This document shows positions 1 to 11,507 of a DNA stretch of 64,000 nt, piece by piece (position 1 is the stretch's first letter; each line of letters begins with the position of its first letter). The stretch is from the NCBI RefSeq assembly GCF_036321535.1, contig NC_087438.1, positions 5,520,001 through 5,584,000 on the forward strand, in the 5' to 3' direction. The notes beneath the pieces are model-generated. The model saw only the letters and a list, made by a program, of their open reading frames with translations. It was not told where the DNA came from and searched no databases. Position numbers and translations under genes: made by a program. The stretch comes from Camelus dromedarius. Its lineage: Eukaryota.

Positions 1-277
1 CTGCCGCATTCCAGGGGACACTTTCCCTGTTCTTCTGATCAGCAATTTCCCTCTAAAAGCAGAGTTTAGAATTTGAGTCACTTATGGGGTAACTGAAGGC
101 AAATAATGAGGACACAATGCACTTCAGCACAACATGAACACACTTTAACTTGGACTGGGTTTCAGAATCTCTCCCACAGCTTCTGTGGGAATTCTATGCA
201 AATTATACAAATATGAAATCACAAGCTTCTTATTTCAAACTCCAGTTTGGTCCTTAGGAAATTCTTTCTGAAGTTGT

Positions 278-632
278 TGTCTAAGTCCGCCCAGGCTGCC
301 CTCACAAGAAACCACAGCCTGGGTGGCTTACGCAGCCTGGTTATGTCCTCACAGTTCTGGAGGCTCAGTGTCCAAAGTCAGGCTGGTTTCTTTGGAGGGC
401 TTCTGTCCCTGGTGCATAGATGACGGTCCCCCTCTGGTGGCTTCACTTAGTCTTCCGTCTTTGTGTGTCTGAATCCTAACTTCCTCTTATAAGGACACCA
501 GGGCCACTTGAGTGACCTCGTTTTACCTTAATTATCTCTTTAAAGACACTATCTCCAAGTACAGTCACATTCGGAGGTTCTGGGGGTTAGGAATTCCATG
601 TATTCATTTTGAGGGAACATAATGCTGCTCAC
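278..632 (-). mobile_element. MaLR solo LTR, MLT1B-like
   Basis: Antisense MLT1 motifs: ctcacagttctggaggc, cttataaggacacca, atctccaagtacagtcacattc, gggggttagga. Confidence 0.8.
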
Positions 633-1089
633 AAGAATCTCCACTGTAGAAAGTCTTACGACAGTGACCTTGTGGGATACTCGAGGTCACATTTTCATCT
701 GCCTTCTAGACATTTTGAGTTTGGTAATTTCCCTTTACTAACTCTTTCCTTATCCTCATGTTTCTGTTTCTGTTTTGACTACCTCAGTCTCTTCAGGTAC
801 CAGGACAAAAATGAATAAATAAAAAGTGAGTAACACCACAGTCCCAAACCCTCAGTGCTAGTTAAGTGTGCTTTCTTTTTCTAGCCCATTTCTCACTAAG
901 TCCTAATGATTATTCCTTTGAAGCGACTTTCGCCGCTGCCCCTTCCATCTTCTCATCCATCTCACATCAAGGCTGGATTGCTTCTCTTCTCCTAACTGTA
1001 ACTCAGTGAAGTTCAGTGCAGAGCTCAACTGAATATTGCCTTATCCCTTCTTTTCCAGAGTATGCTTCCGAACTTCCTGTGACTCTGGG

Positions 1090-1830
1090 GGGCTGTGTGG
1101 GGGTCTCTGTTGCCTTTCACAGATCATTTCCCGGCTCCTGCTGGGAACACGATAAGGTTGCACTTTCTACCTCTTTGAAAGCGAGTGTTGTATTCTGACT
1201 TGCTTTGACCTGAGGAATGAGGGAGGAAGTAACCGATGTTACTTCCTGGTGGAAGTCTTCAGTTTGCTTGTTTGTTTTTTTTATTGAAGTACAGTTGATT
1301 TACAATATTTTGTTAGCTCCTGGTATATGGCAAAGTGTTTCAAATATATACATATATTCTTTATCATGTTCATTTCTATTATAGGTTATTACAAGGTATT
1401 GAATATAGTTCTCTGTGCTAGACAGTAAGTCTTTGTTGCTTATCTATTTTCTATATAGTAGTGTGTATCTCTAATCCTATATTCTTAATTTATCCCTCCC
1501 CCACCCTTTCCCCTTTGATAACCATAAGATTGTTTTCTATGTCTGTGAGGCTGTTTCTGTTTTGTAAATAAATTTATTTGTATTAATTTTTAGATTCCAT
1601 GTATGAATGATACCATATGATATTATCTTTGTCTGACTTACTTCACTTAATATGATAATCTCTGGATCCATCCATGTGTCCATTAGTAAATAAATAGATA
1701 AAGAAGATGTGTATATACATACAATGGAATACTACTCAGGTATGAAAAATAATGAACTACTGCCATTTGCAGAAACCTTTGCTGTTTTAAGTCACAGGCA
1801 TGAGGGACTGGTTTGTTAGTCTGTAAATCC
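1090..1830 (+). mobile_element. MLT1J-like LTR remnant split by an L1 (about 1090-1259 and 1773-1830)
   Basis: Left part tgacttgctttgacc...gaagtaaccgatgttacttcctggtggaagtctt. Right part aaacctttgctgttttaagtcac...gtttgttag resembles the MLT1J 3' end. Confidence 0.6.
1260..1776 (-). mobile_element. L1 3' fragment (older lineage family) with a 5' inversion: 1260-1677 minus, 1678-1776 plus
   Basis: T-rich tail then ttattgaagtacagttgatttacaa, an antisense L1 3' end. Orientation flips at 1677/1678 to sense ORF2 sequence gataaagaagatgtg...tgccatttgcagaaac. Confidence 0.9.
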
Positions 1831-2265
1831 CAGACCCACCCAGATCAACAGACCATCAATGTCACCTCCCTCACTGCAGGGGAGGGCCTGTGGCCCGAGC
1901 TGACTCATCAGAGAACTTTCTCCTCCAGGGCTCACGGAGACCTGAGACCCTAAAGGCACCAGTCTGAGAGGGATGGAGAGCGATATTGGAGAGAGAATAT
2001 ATTCTCCTTCACGAGCTCCTAGCTGGCAAATATCACGTACGCTTAGAGCGACAGCACCTTCTTGCCTGCCACTTGCATAAAGTGTGCCCAAGAGAAATAC
2101 CAACACAGAGGAAACCAGAACCAAGAGACGGAGGGAGAGGGGGCTGGTTTCTGATGATATGGCCTTAGTACTTGGACTCAGAAGTCAGTGCAGCGTCTGG
2201 ATTTTGTGCGGTAGTGATATACCTTCTTTTGTGTTCAGAGGTCAGAACTAAATTTCTTACTCTCA
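1830..2265 (+). mobile_element. Old MaLR LTR, MLT1K-like
   Basis: Degenerate motifs ccaacacagaggaaaccagaaccaagagacggag and tctgatgatatgg...ttggactcag. Confidence 0.45.
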
Positions 2266-4308
2266 TATATCCCCCGTTAATTCCCATTTCCTTCCATCCC
2301 CCATGAATGAAGTAAGATTGCCTTTAAGTCTGTAGATCAGAGTGTATAAGTCTCTTCTAGGTTACTCTTTCTAAATTACCAGTTTCATCTATCACTGTCT
2401 TTTGCTTAAGTATTTCCAATGATTCAAGCTTTTCATGGAATTAACTGCTCATTTGAAGCTCCAACTTGGACACAGCAGACCCTGCCGCGCTGTCGTCCTC
2501 TCCACGCTCACTGCCCTTGTTGCTCTGCAGGAACTTTGTCCTTCGGTCAGAGCGCGTTGCTTGTAGGTAAGGTGACTTACACTGCATCATCTTCATCCTC
2601 CTTCCCGGGCTCTTCCTCCATCTGAGACGCTCAACATCCTCAACTCCATGAAGAGAACTCACATGTGTTCTTCCTGACTCAAATCAAAGGTGCATTTTAA
2701 TAAGCTTTCTTTGATTTTTAATCTCGGCATCGGGAAATAACATGTATCTCCCGTCGGTTGTAAGAACAGCTTGATGCTTCAGGAGGAAATAAAGACCTGC
2801 ATTACTCAGTTTCCTTGGTGACCTGAGTTTGTGCCTTCGTTGGCTAATTTGGAGCAATATTACCCACCGTCTATTCTGCAGACTTGTTGAGAAAATCAGC
2901 AAGAGTTTGCATTTAAGACTGAAAAGAATTTTTAGCAGAGCTTATCTGTCACCGCATTGCTGGCTGGTTCTTTGTGGGCGCACCATCTCTCACATCTTGT
3001 AACTCTTCCAAGGAGAGACCAAAGTGGCCGCATCCTTCAAGCACCCCATACGTCAGTGTCTTGAATGAGAAGGGCCTTTGCACACACTACTCCTTCAATA
3101 AACAAATCATAGAAGAGTATGATTAAAATATGGCTGCATCTAACAGCGCTTATACACTACAAATTTTAGAAATTTGCAGCATTAAAGAAAACTTAATTCC
3201 AATGAGAGGTTTATAAACCTTTTATAATCTTTAGGAAAGTGATATGTTTGGCAACTCAGTGTAAAATATGTCTATGCTTTAGAGTGACCGCATCCCAGCA
3301 TGTTTTGATACAGCTTCTTTGATTTCTGTCACCTTATGATTTTCTCCCAGATTCAATTGATACAGACTAAAATATGTATCTTCATAAAACAAAAAAAGAG
3401 ACAAAAATTGCATTCACAGTTCTACTTTAATAACTGCTTGGAGTCTCACATCGTGCTTCATCGGGGCACAACCCTCTCCCTTGTCTCTTTCAGGAATAAA
3501 ATCTATGGCTCTTGGCTTCTGTGCTCTGGAGAATAATAGAAATCTTGAGATGCCGTGTGCTTTGTGCTCCTTCAGTCACACCATCATTTATGATCACTTT
3601 CGTGCTCCTAAATCATAGAGGACTTCTGACTGCCGCTGCAAACATCTCATTTTCACTGTCTTTCCAGAGAGAGGCACATCCTTTACAATATTATGAAACT
3701 CTTGGACGTGTTTAAAATATTATGAATCTCAACTTGACTGGTGTTTGTCCCTAATGTTTTTTAAAGAACAAAGTATGAAAGCTTGCATTGTCTTTGGAGC
3801 AAATCTAGTTACAAGCCCCCCTCACTCCACCCTTGAGGAAACTGAGCAGGAGTGACAGATCTCACTGGGGCTGAGTCAGGGCTGCAGCTCAGTCTTCTTA
3901 CAGTCAGTGTCCTGGGATGGGGTCCCTGAGTGTGTCTTTGTAGCTGCCTGTGGGTGAGAGTCCATGTGGGCTGTCTCCCTCTGATCCGTGTCACTCAGGT
4001 CTCTAAGATCCCCCTCTCAGTTCACCTGGGCAAAGGGCAGGAAGAACCCTGGGTTGCATGAAGCCATAGACACCCATGACCCATGCTTGGCACTGTCCTC
4101 GATCTTACCCTACTTGCCTACAGACAAGACTGATCTTTCAGCTGGATTAAGGAGCTGTGTCAATACACTTGTCTTTTTGGGTCAAGCACAAGTTTGTGAA
4201 GCTCTGCAGCACTTGATGTGGGTTTGGAGTGTTACAGAGTACCAGGCGTGCTGAAATAAACAGATGCTATCAGTAAAAGCCGGGAGACTGAGCAAAGTGT
4301 GTTTTATC

Positions 4309-4401
4309 AAAAAAAAAAAAAAAAAAAAAAAGCAGAGAGCAGATCTGTAGAGCACAGTTGTGCACCATGACAAGTAAAAATGACAGCTTTTTTTTTTTTT
4401 T
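4309..4401. repeat. A23 (4309-4331) and T14 (4388-4401) homopolymers
   Basis: Read directly from the sequence. Confidence 0.95.
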
Positions 4402-5036
4402 CTTTCATGTTCTGGAAGAATTTTCTCTCTTAAATATAAGGGAACTGTTCATAGGCTGCTGTTGCCCTGTCGAGTCTGGGGATGGGAATTAGAGCATCTG
4501 TGAGGATCCTGGAATGAGTCCTTTCGTGTTCAAGAAGCCACCTGAGTCAGCCTCAGGGGAAGCGTTGTCGTGGGGGCTGTTTGGGATCTGAGATGATCAC
4601 AGACTCTGTCCTGCAGAAGCTCATACTTTATAAGGTGTCTATGTAATAAGAAGGAAGATATTGATAAGCTCCAAAAGAGCAGTAAAAACTGACAGCTTAA
4701 CACAGGGAGGGGCAGCCAGCTTCCTCTGGGGCGTGTAGAAGGAAACAAGCAAGGTCATTTCCTCAAGTCTTTTGACTTCAGTAAAGCAGCCTAAGTCAGT
4801 TATTAGAAGGGGCTGACTTCACACCATGTGCTTTCTTGAGACTCAGGCAGGGGAGAAAGTTTCACCTGTGCATTCCAATTTCACACGTGGGTGCTCATCA
4901 CTGTTCTAGAAGGTCATCAATTCACCTAAATATAGACTCTCCTTAAACGGAAAGCTGTGTGTGAGCCTGTGCACTAGAATATTTTGCAGTAAATAAAAAT
5001 TAATATTTTTTTAAAATTTATTTTAAAATACAAACA

Positions 5037-5656
5037 GTTTTGTTTTTTATTGAAGCGTAGTTGATTTACAATGTTAGTTTCAGGTATACGGCAAAGTGGT
5101 TCAGTTACGCACACACACACGCGCACACACACACGCGCACACACGCACACGCACGCACACACGCACACACGCACGCACACACACGCACACACACGCACGC
5201 ACACGCACACACGCACGCACACACACGCGCACACACGCGCACACGCACGCACACACGCACGCACACACGCACGCGCACACACACACGCACACACACGCAC
5301 GCACACGCACACACACACGCACGCACACACACGCACACGCACGCACACACACACAATTTTAAGATTCTTTTCTTTTTATAGGTTATTCCAAGAAATTGAA
5401 TATAATTCTCTGTGCTATACAGTAAGTCCTTGTTGTTTATCTACTTTATATGTGGTAGTGTGTATCTGTTAATCCCAAACTCCTATTTATCCATCCCTGC
5501 CCTTTCCCCTTTGGTAACCATAGTTTGTTTTCTATGTTGTTGAGTCTACTTTTGGTTTGTAAATAAAATTTGTATCATATTTTTTATATTCCACAGGTAA
5601 GTGATATCGTATGATATTTGTCTTTCTCTGTCTGACTTACTTCACTTAATATGACA
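5037..5656 (-). mobile_element. L1 3' fragment (older lineage family) containing an expanded microsatellite
   Basis: ttttttattgaagcgtagttgatttacaatg through tctgacttacttcacttaatatgac is antisense L1 3'UTR and ORF2 end. Confidence 0.9.
5107..5355. repeat. Complex (AC/GC)n alternating purine-pyrimidine microsatellite, 249 bp
   Basis: Read directly; it is the source of the HT- and CV-repeat ORFs in the track. Confidence 0.97.
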
Positions 5657-5980
5657 TCACAAGGTCCTTAAATGTGGAAGAGAAGAGCTGAAGTCAGGGT
5701 CAGAGAGAGATCTGAAGATACTACTCTTCTGTGCTGCTGGTTTTGAGGGTGAAGAAAGGGGCCACAGGCCAAGGAACACAGGCAGCCTCAGGAAGCTGGA
5801 AAAGGCAAGGAACAACTTCTCTCCTGGAAGGAAGGCAGTTCTGTTGACATAATGACTTTAGACCAGTGAGACTCATTTTGAACTTCGGATCTCCAGAACT
5901 GCAAGATAATAAACTGGTGCTGTTTAAAGCCAATAAGGTTGTGGAAATTTGTTATAACGGCAATGGGAAACAACTATACA
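5656..5980 (+). mobile_element. MLT1D-like LTR lacking its 5' part
   Basis: tcacaaggtccttaaatgtggaagag, gaagctggaaaaggcaaggaa, ctccagaactgcaagataataaa; ends aactataca. Confidence 0.8.
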
Positions 5981-6869
5981 GAGATTTTCAGACAATTGTG
6001 GAATGTATATAGAATATCACTTTCAAATAAACTAAATAAGAAGGAGCAGAACAGAGGTAACTTTTAAACATAACCCCTAATATCTGGTCGCCCCCGAATT
6101 GACTTAGGATTGTGTCTAGAGAACACATACTTACTTCTGTGTGGGTGGTGGGAGTTTGCTGCAGTGAGCACACAACAGCAGGGCTTCTTTATAAAACTCA
6201 CAAAAGTGAAAGCTAATTAAGCCTTAGGCTCGGGGCACTATGTGAATGTGTATATGAGAAAACACTTCCCCACTTCTGCAACTTTAACAAATAAAGCAAA
6301 AGTTGATAAAGAAATTATGTCGAAAACCCTAAGTGTGGAAACTACCTCCAATTTACTGATACAGTATTAGACAGCAAAATCACATTCACAAAAGGTGCTA
6401 AAGGAAAAGAATCAAGCAAAAGTAGGCTTAAGTTTACTTTCATAATTCTCTAGGAAAAATGAAAGGTTGGGCAAGGATGAGCCACATGTTAGATTCTTGT
6501 TCTGCTGTCTGGAAACTGGTTTCCTCAGCTCTCATTTCAGAGTCAACACTTGGGTGTGCTTAGTTCCTGTCATGCAGTTAATTTGCCTAATGAAATGTCT
6601 GGCTTTATTTAGATTCTTATGGATTAATCTTGGAGGTAATGACATGTAGGGAAAATTAACAAATAGAAGCCTTTATAAGAAATGAACATTGTACTGGAAA
6701 GAATCTTAAGAGATAAGGGTCCGACAGCCTAAATCAGGGAAGAGCAGCTCTGGAGGTTGATTGCCAAGAGTAGACTGAGTGCAGGAACCTCATCCTCCTT
6801 GTGAAAGCATGCAATAAAGATGCAGTGACATGAATACAATAATCAATGGAAGATTGCTGAAGCACAGAG

Positions 6870-6990
6870 TGCCAGGGACCCAAGCATGAGCTGTTCCTAT
6901 CACTGCAACTAGCTGTGTGACCATGTTCAACCTTGACCTTTTTAAGACTAAGTTTTAGACAATGAGGTTAAATTAGATCACCTCCAAAGT
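6870..6990 (+). mobile_element. MIR SINE relic
   Basis: actagctgtgtgacc...aatgaggttaaattagatcacctccaaagtc. Confidence 0.45.
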
Positions 6991-7389
6991 CTTTATCAGA
7001 TACATTTAGTAAATGGGCAGCAGAGTCATTGTACCTCAGTAATTCTTCTCCAGTAGCTTTCTAAAATTCCACGTGTCACCAGGCACAGGCAAGTTCAAAG
7101 CAAACTTCTACAGCCAAAGAAACATAAAACCTTCTGTTCCTTTTTCCAGTCAGACATGGTCCCACTTCCCTTGCCCTCTACTGCTGACAGTAAAGTATTA
7201 AGATAGTATTAATCAAGGAGGGCTTGAATTGAGGATGCTTAAAGAGCGGACCTTTGAAAATTAAAAGTGGGTGATGTGGGTATTCTGAGCAGAGGGTTCT
7301 GTCCAGCAGTGAGTCTCAGAGAATCCCATGCTTCTAACTGTGTTTGCATCTTTCCATTTCCTCCTCCTAACTCCGTAGGGCATGAAGAC

Positions 7390-7920
7390 TCCACTGGCCA
7401 CATTTCCCCTTGAGTAGGGGGTCACATTTTCCTGTTTCTTTGTATGTCTAGTAATTTTGGATTATTTCTTGATCATTGTGAATAATATAAAGACTCTTCT
7501 GTTATGTTGCTCTGACAGGTCTTGATTTTTTTCCACAGGCAGTTGACTTGATTGGACTTAAACTCCAAACGCTGTCTCCCTGATGGTGGGCAGCCGCCAA
7601 GGTCTCTGTTCCGTTCTTACAACCTTAGCTCTGCTGCCTGTGACCTGCCTGCACAGGAGGGGCTCAGGGCCAGCAAGCGCTCCGTGCAGAGTTGCTGTCC
7701 CAAATCTTGGGCTCCCCATCTGAGAGTCCCCTCTCATGGACTTTTCTCCCATCACTTTCCAGCTGCTGTAGTTGCCCCCAAATCTGTCCTTTGGTTTCTT
7801 TTAGTTGCCCTCCGGTTCCTTCAAGGTGTGGTTTTTTACATTTTGTCCAGATTTTATGTAGAAGTATTCAGGAGGGTTGGTCAGTGTGAGGTAATTGCCC
7901 GTAACCAGAAGGGGAACTGT
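7390..7920 (-). mobile_element. Old L1M (L1MC-like) fragment
   Basis: gtcacattttcctgtttctttgtatgtctagtaattttgg...aggcagttgacttg, typical of antisense old L1M. Confidence 0.5.
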
Positions 7921-8539
7921 TGAGGTGAGTTAGAGGTAATTATTTCAGTGTCAAAATAAAGAGATTTGGTGGGGGTAGAAGAGGAAAGTTTTTCTTTCCT
8001 TTCCAAGTGGAGATGTGCCTATGTTTTATGTAGGAATACTGTTCAGATCAAGCCTCCAGTTGGGCTTTTGTTTTGTTATCAGCAGAAAGTAAGATAAGGA
8101 AGAAACTGCTGTGAAGACCAGGAGCCCCAGGTCCCTGGGGCAGAAGTTCATGAGGAGTTCCATCCTGGTTTGGAGTATTTAGAACTCAGATAATGGAAGA
8201 CGTATAAATAGCCCCAAACAAACAGTAGAAAACTCATCTCTTGTTGTTGCACACCTGGTGTTCCTTTTATATCTCCAGGTGCGCTCATGGACAAGAATCA
8301 TTTGAAAAGTCAGACTTTTACAGGCTGCGCTTAGAATAGAAGCAATCAGGTTTCTAGACTTCTGCTAAGCAACCATTGTTGACATTTTCTTTTTCTCTCT
8401 CACAGATTACCAAAAAAACTGCTTTATATTAGGATGTCATTCCCCTACCTCCACTCCTCATGCTTAAAAAGAGGGGTACTGAGGACCACAGGTGAATTCA
8501 GGTTGGCCAGATATGAAGGGTAGAATGTCCCTAGTCCTC

Positions 8540-8652
8540 GGCTCTGCTACCTTTAGGCTAAACTAGGACACTTCTGTCACTAATAATAATCACTCCAGGA
8601 CAATTGGCTATAAGCTGGGAATGTCCTAGACAGAAGTGACATGTGATCATCC
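8540..8652. mobile_element. MER94-like hAT DNA transposon relic
   Basis: aaactaggacacttctg...taataataatcactccaggacaa...gggaatgtcctagaca...catgtgatcatcc. Confidence 0.5.
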
Positions 8653-9964
8653 ACTGCAAGGTTCATTTCTGTTTCTCCTCCCCTCCCCTCCGCTGAAGCA
8701 GCAGGAGCCCCCAGCTCAGAATATGCAGCTCTTTCCTGGAACAGCGCTGGCTGGTTGACCCCAGCTCTATGCAGGTGCTCGGGGTGTTCTGGACTTCTGA
8801 AACAGACTTCTGCGGGCCTGGGGTGTATACAGACCTCCTTCTCTCCTCCTGTGATTTTCTCTCTAGAAGGCTAACAAGAATTTTCTCCAGCTCTTACTCA
8901 TTTCCTAGACCAGGAAGCTAAAAGCTTGAGTTAAAAGCAGCCCTACCTTTTCAGAATTTCTCCCCTAACCACTTACTGGGGACAATTGGTGAACATTCGT
9001 GTCTTTACCATAATGTGAAAAACCATAGATCTAAGGCACAGATAACAGAAGTGAAGTTGATTCTCTTATCTCTGGTGACTCCCAAGGATAGTTGCTGTAC
9101 GAGCAGCTTGGGGACTATTGCTGCATTTCCAAACTGTGGATCTGCACTTGCATTACACCCTAATATTCTCCAACACTGTTAAATATAATCCTTATTCATA
9201 TTTAATTTGACCTAGAATATTTTACAATTTAAGCAAAGGAAAGTTATTCTTTAATTTGTTTTTCTGTAAACACATTGCAAAATAGAATCCAGTGTTTAAG
9301 TAGTTTGCAGTCCGGCATCCCTAACTTTCACTCTGTGGTGGCTGCACACCCACCACAGCAGAAGAGAGCAAAGTGCTCTCACCTTTGAAAATACAGAGTC
9401 CTATGATAGCAACAAAATTCAAAAATGCATCTAATTGGAATAGTCATACTAAGCAAATTTTATTCTGCTTCCCTGCTGTATAATTTCCCAATTATGCTGT
9501 TTCATTCAAATTATTTTACTTTTGAATTTTTAAAGGATATCCATTTAAAATCTGTTTATTCAGAAGGGGCATTAAAAAGGCTTCAAATTCTTCTTAAGCA
9601 ACTACATTTTTGACCGAACTTTTAGTTGAGCTCTTTCCCATCTTGGCTTTATTGCAGACTTTAGAACTAGCATTGTGAGCTCCTGCCTAGAAGGTACTGT
9701 TTCCTCAGTGCGCTGTTGGTAAAATGAGTAAGGAAGCTCGGGGTGGGGATGGGGTGCTTTTCCTCTGGGCAGATAGACTTTTTGATTGATCCTCTGCTAT
9801 AAAAGTTGATGTAATATTCTGAAATGAACGACACACTGAGAGAGGATTAAAGTCTCCAAAAGAATGGGAAACAAAAACCAGGCAGACACGCTGATCTCAG
9901 TTACTTTCTGACTTCCAAATTGTATGATCAGCACCAACCGCACTAGTGAGCATTTGGAAGGCAA

Positions 9965-10190
9965 GGGCATGTCAGTGTCCAGAGCTCAGGCTTTGGGGTC
10001 AGATGACCTGAATCTAACCACTGGTTCCATCACTTACTCTGTGGGTTGGACACGTTGCCTGAACTGATGAAGCTTTGATTTCTTACTCTGTAAAACAGGA
10101 ATCCTCACAGCAACATTTTGGGATTAAATGAGATTAAATGACAAAATGAATGTTACATGCCTGTGCCTGCCACAGAGTCGTGAGAGACAA
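9965..10190 (+). mobile_element. MIR SINE
   Basis: ggctttggggtcagatgacctg, tcacttact, ctgtaaaacagga, ggattaaatgag. Confidence 0.7.
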
Positions 10191-10199
10191 TGCACAAAT

Positions 10200-11208
10200 G
10201 GACAAGGGGCCAGACCACATATGAAGATAGAACCCTGACCCACAATCTGCCACAACCGGCCCAGGACGCCAGCTTGCTCTCTATGTCAGACATGTAGGAA
10301 GTCAGACTGCTACTGAGCCCAAATTCATTTGTTCTGCTCACCACATCACAGGCCAATAAATCAGAAGACGAGGAGTTGGAGCAGGGAATAATGACTTTAT
10401 TGGGAAAGACAGCAGACCAGGAAGATGGGGGACTAATGCCGTGAAGAACCATCTTACTTAAGTCAGAATTCAGGCCCCTTATATACTAAAAGGGGGAGGA
10501 GGTGTGGTTAGTTGTTGCAAACTTTCTGGTGTCAGAATCCTTTGTTTTTGCATCTATTCATGTAGGTCAGGTCACGATGTTCCTGTAAACCTTCAACAAG
10601 ACAAATGTTATTTTCTGTTCCATAACTTTTTATCTCTATATGAATGGAAGTGTCAGACCTTTAAAGGTCAGAGCCTTGAGAATGGGCTCTCCTGTAATTT
10701 CAGGCGATAGGCAACATTCTTTTACAAACGGTGCAGAACCAGCATGACCAAGCACAGGAAACAGAGCACAGGGTCAGAGCTAAAGGAATAGATCCAACAC
10801 AGAGTCAGATTTGTTCTTCTCTATTGCAACACCATTGCCTCCATGACTGATCTCAAAGCCAAACAGTATCTCCTGGGACCATCCACCCTAAATAGGCAGC
10901 TCCCCCAATTTTTACCCAATTTCCACTTTAGGACAAGCCAGAGAAAGCCAAATGTGCAGCCCTCACCAATCACATAGGATGTCCTGCTTCTAGTTAGCTC
11001 TCTTCCCACCTCCCCCGGCCAACAGCATCCAATCAGGGTACACCTGAGCCATCCCTTGTCCCGTTTTCCCTGTAAACCTTTCCCACTCCCCTCCCTGCCT
11101 TTGAGTCTCTGCCCAAAGCACAGTGATGATGGCTGACTCCCTTTCTATGGCAAACTCTGTATAAATAGCATGTTTTTCTCATTTAGATGGTCTTCAGGTA
11201 TTTCCCCA
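10200..11208 (+). mobile_element. MER34-like ERV1 LTR, interrupted at 10308-10831
   Basis: ccaatcacataggatgtcctgcttctagttagc, ctgcctttgagtctctgcc, gctgactccctttctatggcaaactctgtataaatagc. Confidence 0.7.
10308..10831 (-). mobile_element. Lineage ERV1-type solo LTR
   Basis: TG...CA termini and antisense polyA signal (tttatt). Both ends are homologous to 44228-44690. Confidence 0.75.
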
Positions 11209-11322
11209 GTATCATTCAATAAATATTACGAATTATAACAACAATAAAATGATTGTTGAATTAAATATGAAATCAAATACATCTCCAGATGACTCAGAGT
11301 TACATGTATACATTTTAGTTCT

Positions 11323-11507
11323 TATTTTTTTATTGAAGTGTAGTTGATTTAAAATATTAGTTCCAAGTGTACAGCAAAACGATTCAGTTATACATATGCA
11401 TACCAATATTTATATTTTTCAGATTCTTTTCCATTATATGTCATTACAAGAAATTGAATACAGTTCCCTGTGCTATATAGTAGGTCCTTGCTGTTTATCT
11501 ATTTTAT
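11323..11507 (-). mobile_element. Short L1 3' end (older lineage family)
   Basis: tttttttattgaagtgtagttgattt...ccctgtgctatatagtaggtccttg. Confidence 0.85.

Noticed and set aside
4974..5472. His/Thr- and Cys/Val-rich ORFs
   Set aside because: They are translations of the (AC/GC)n microsatellite.
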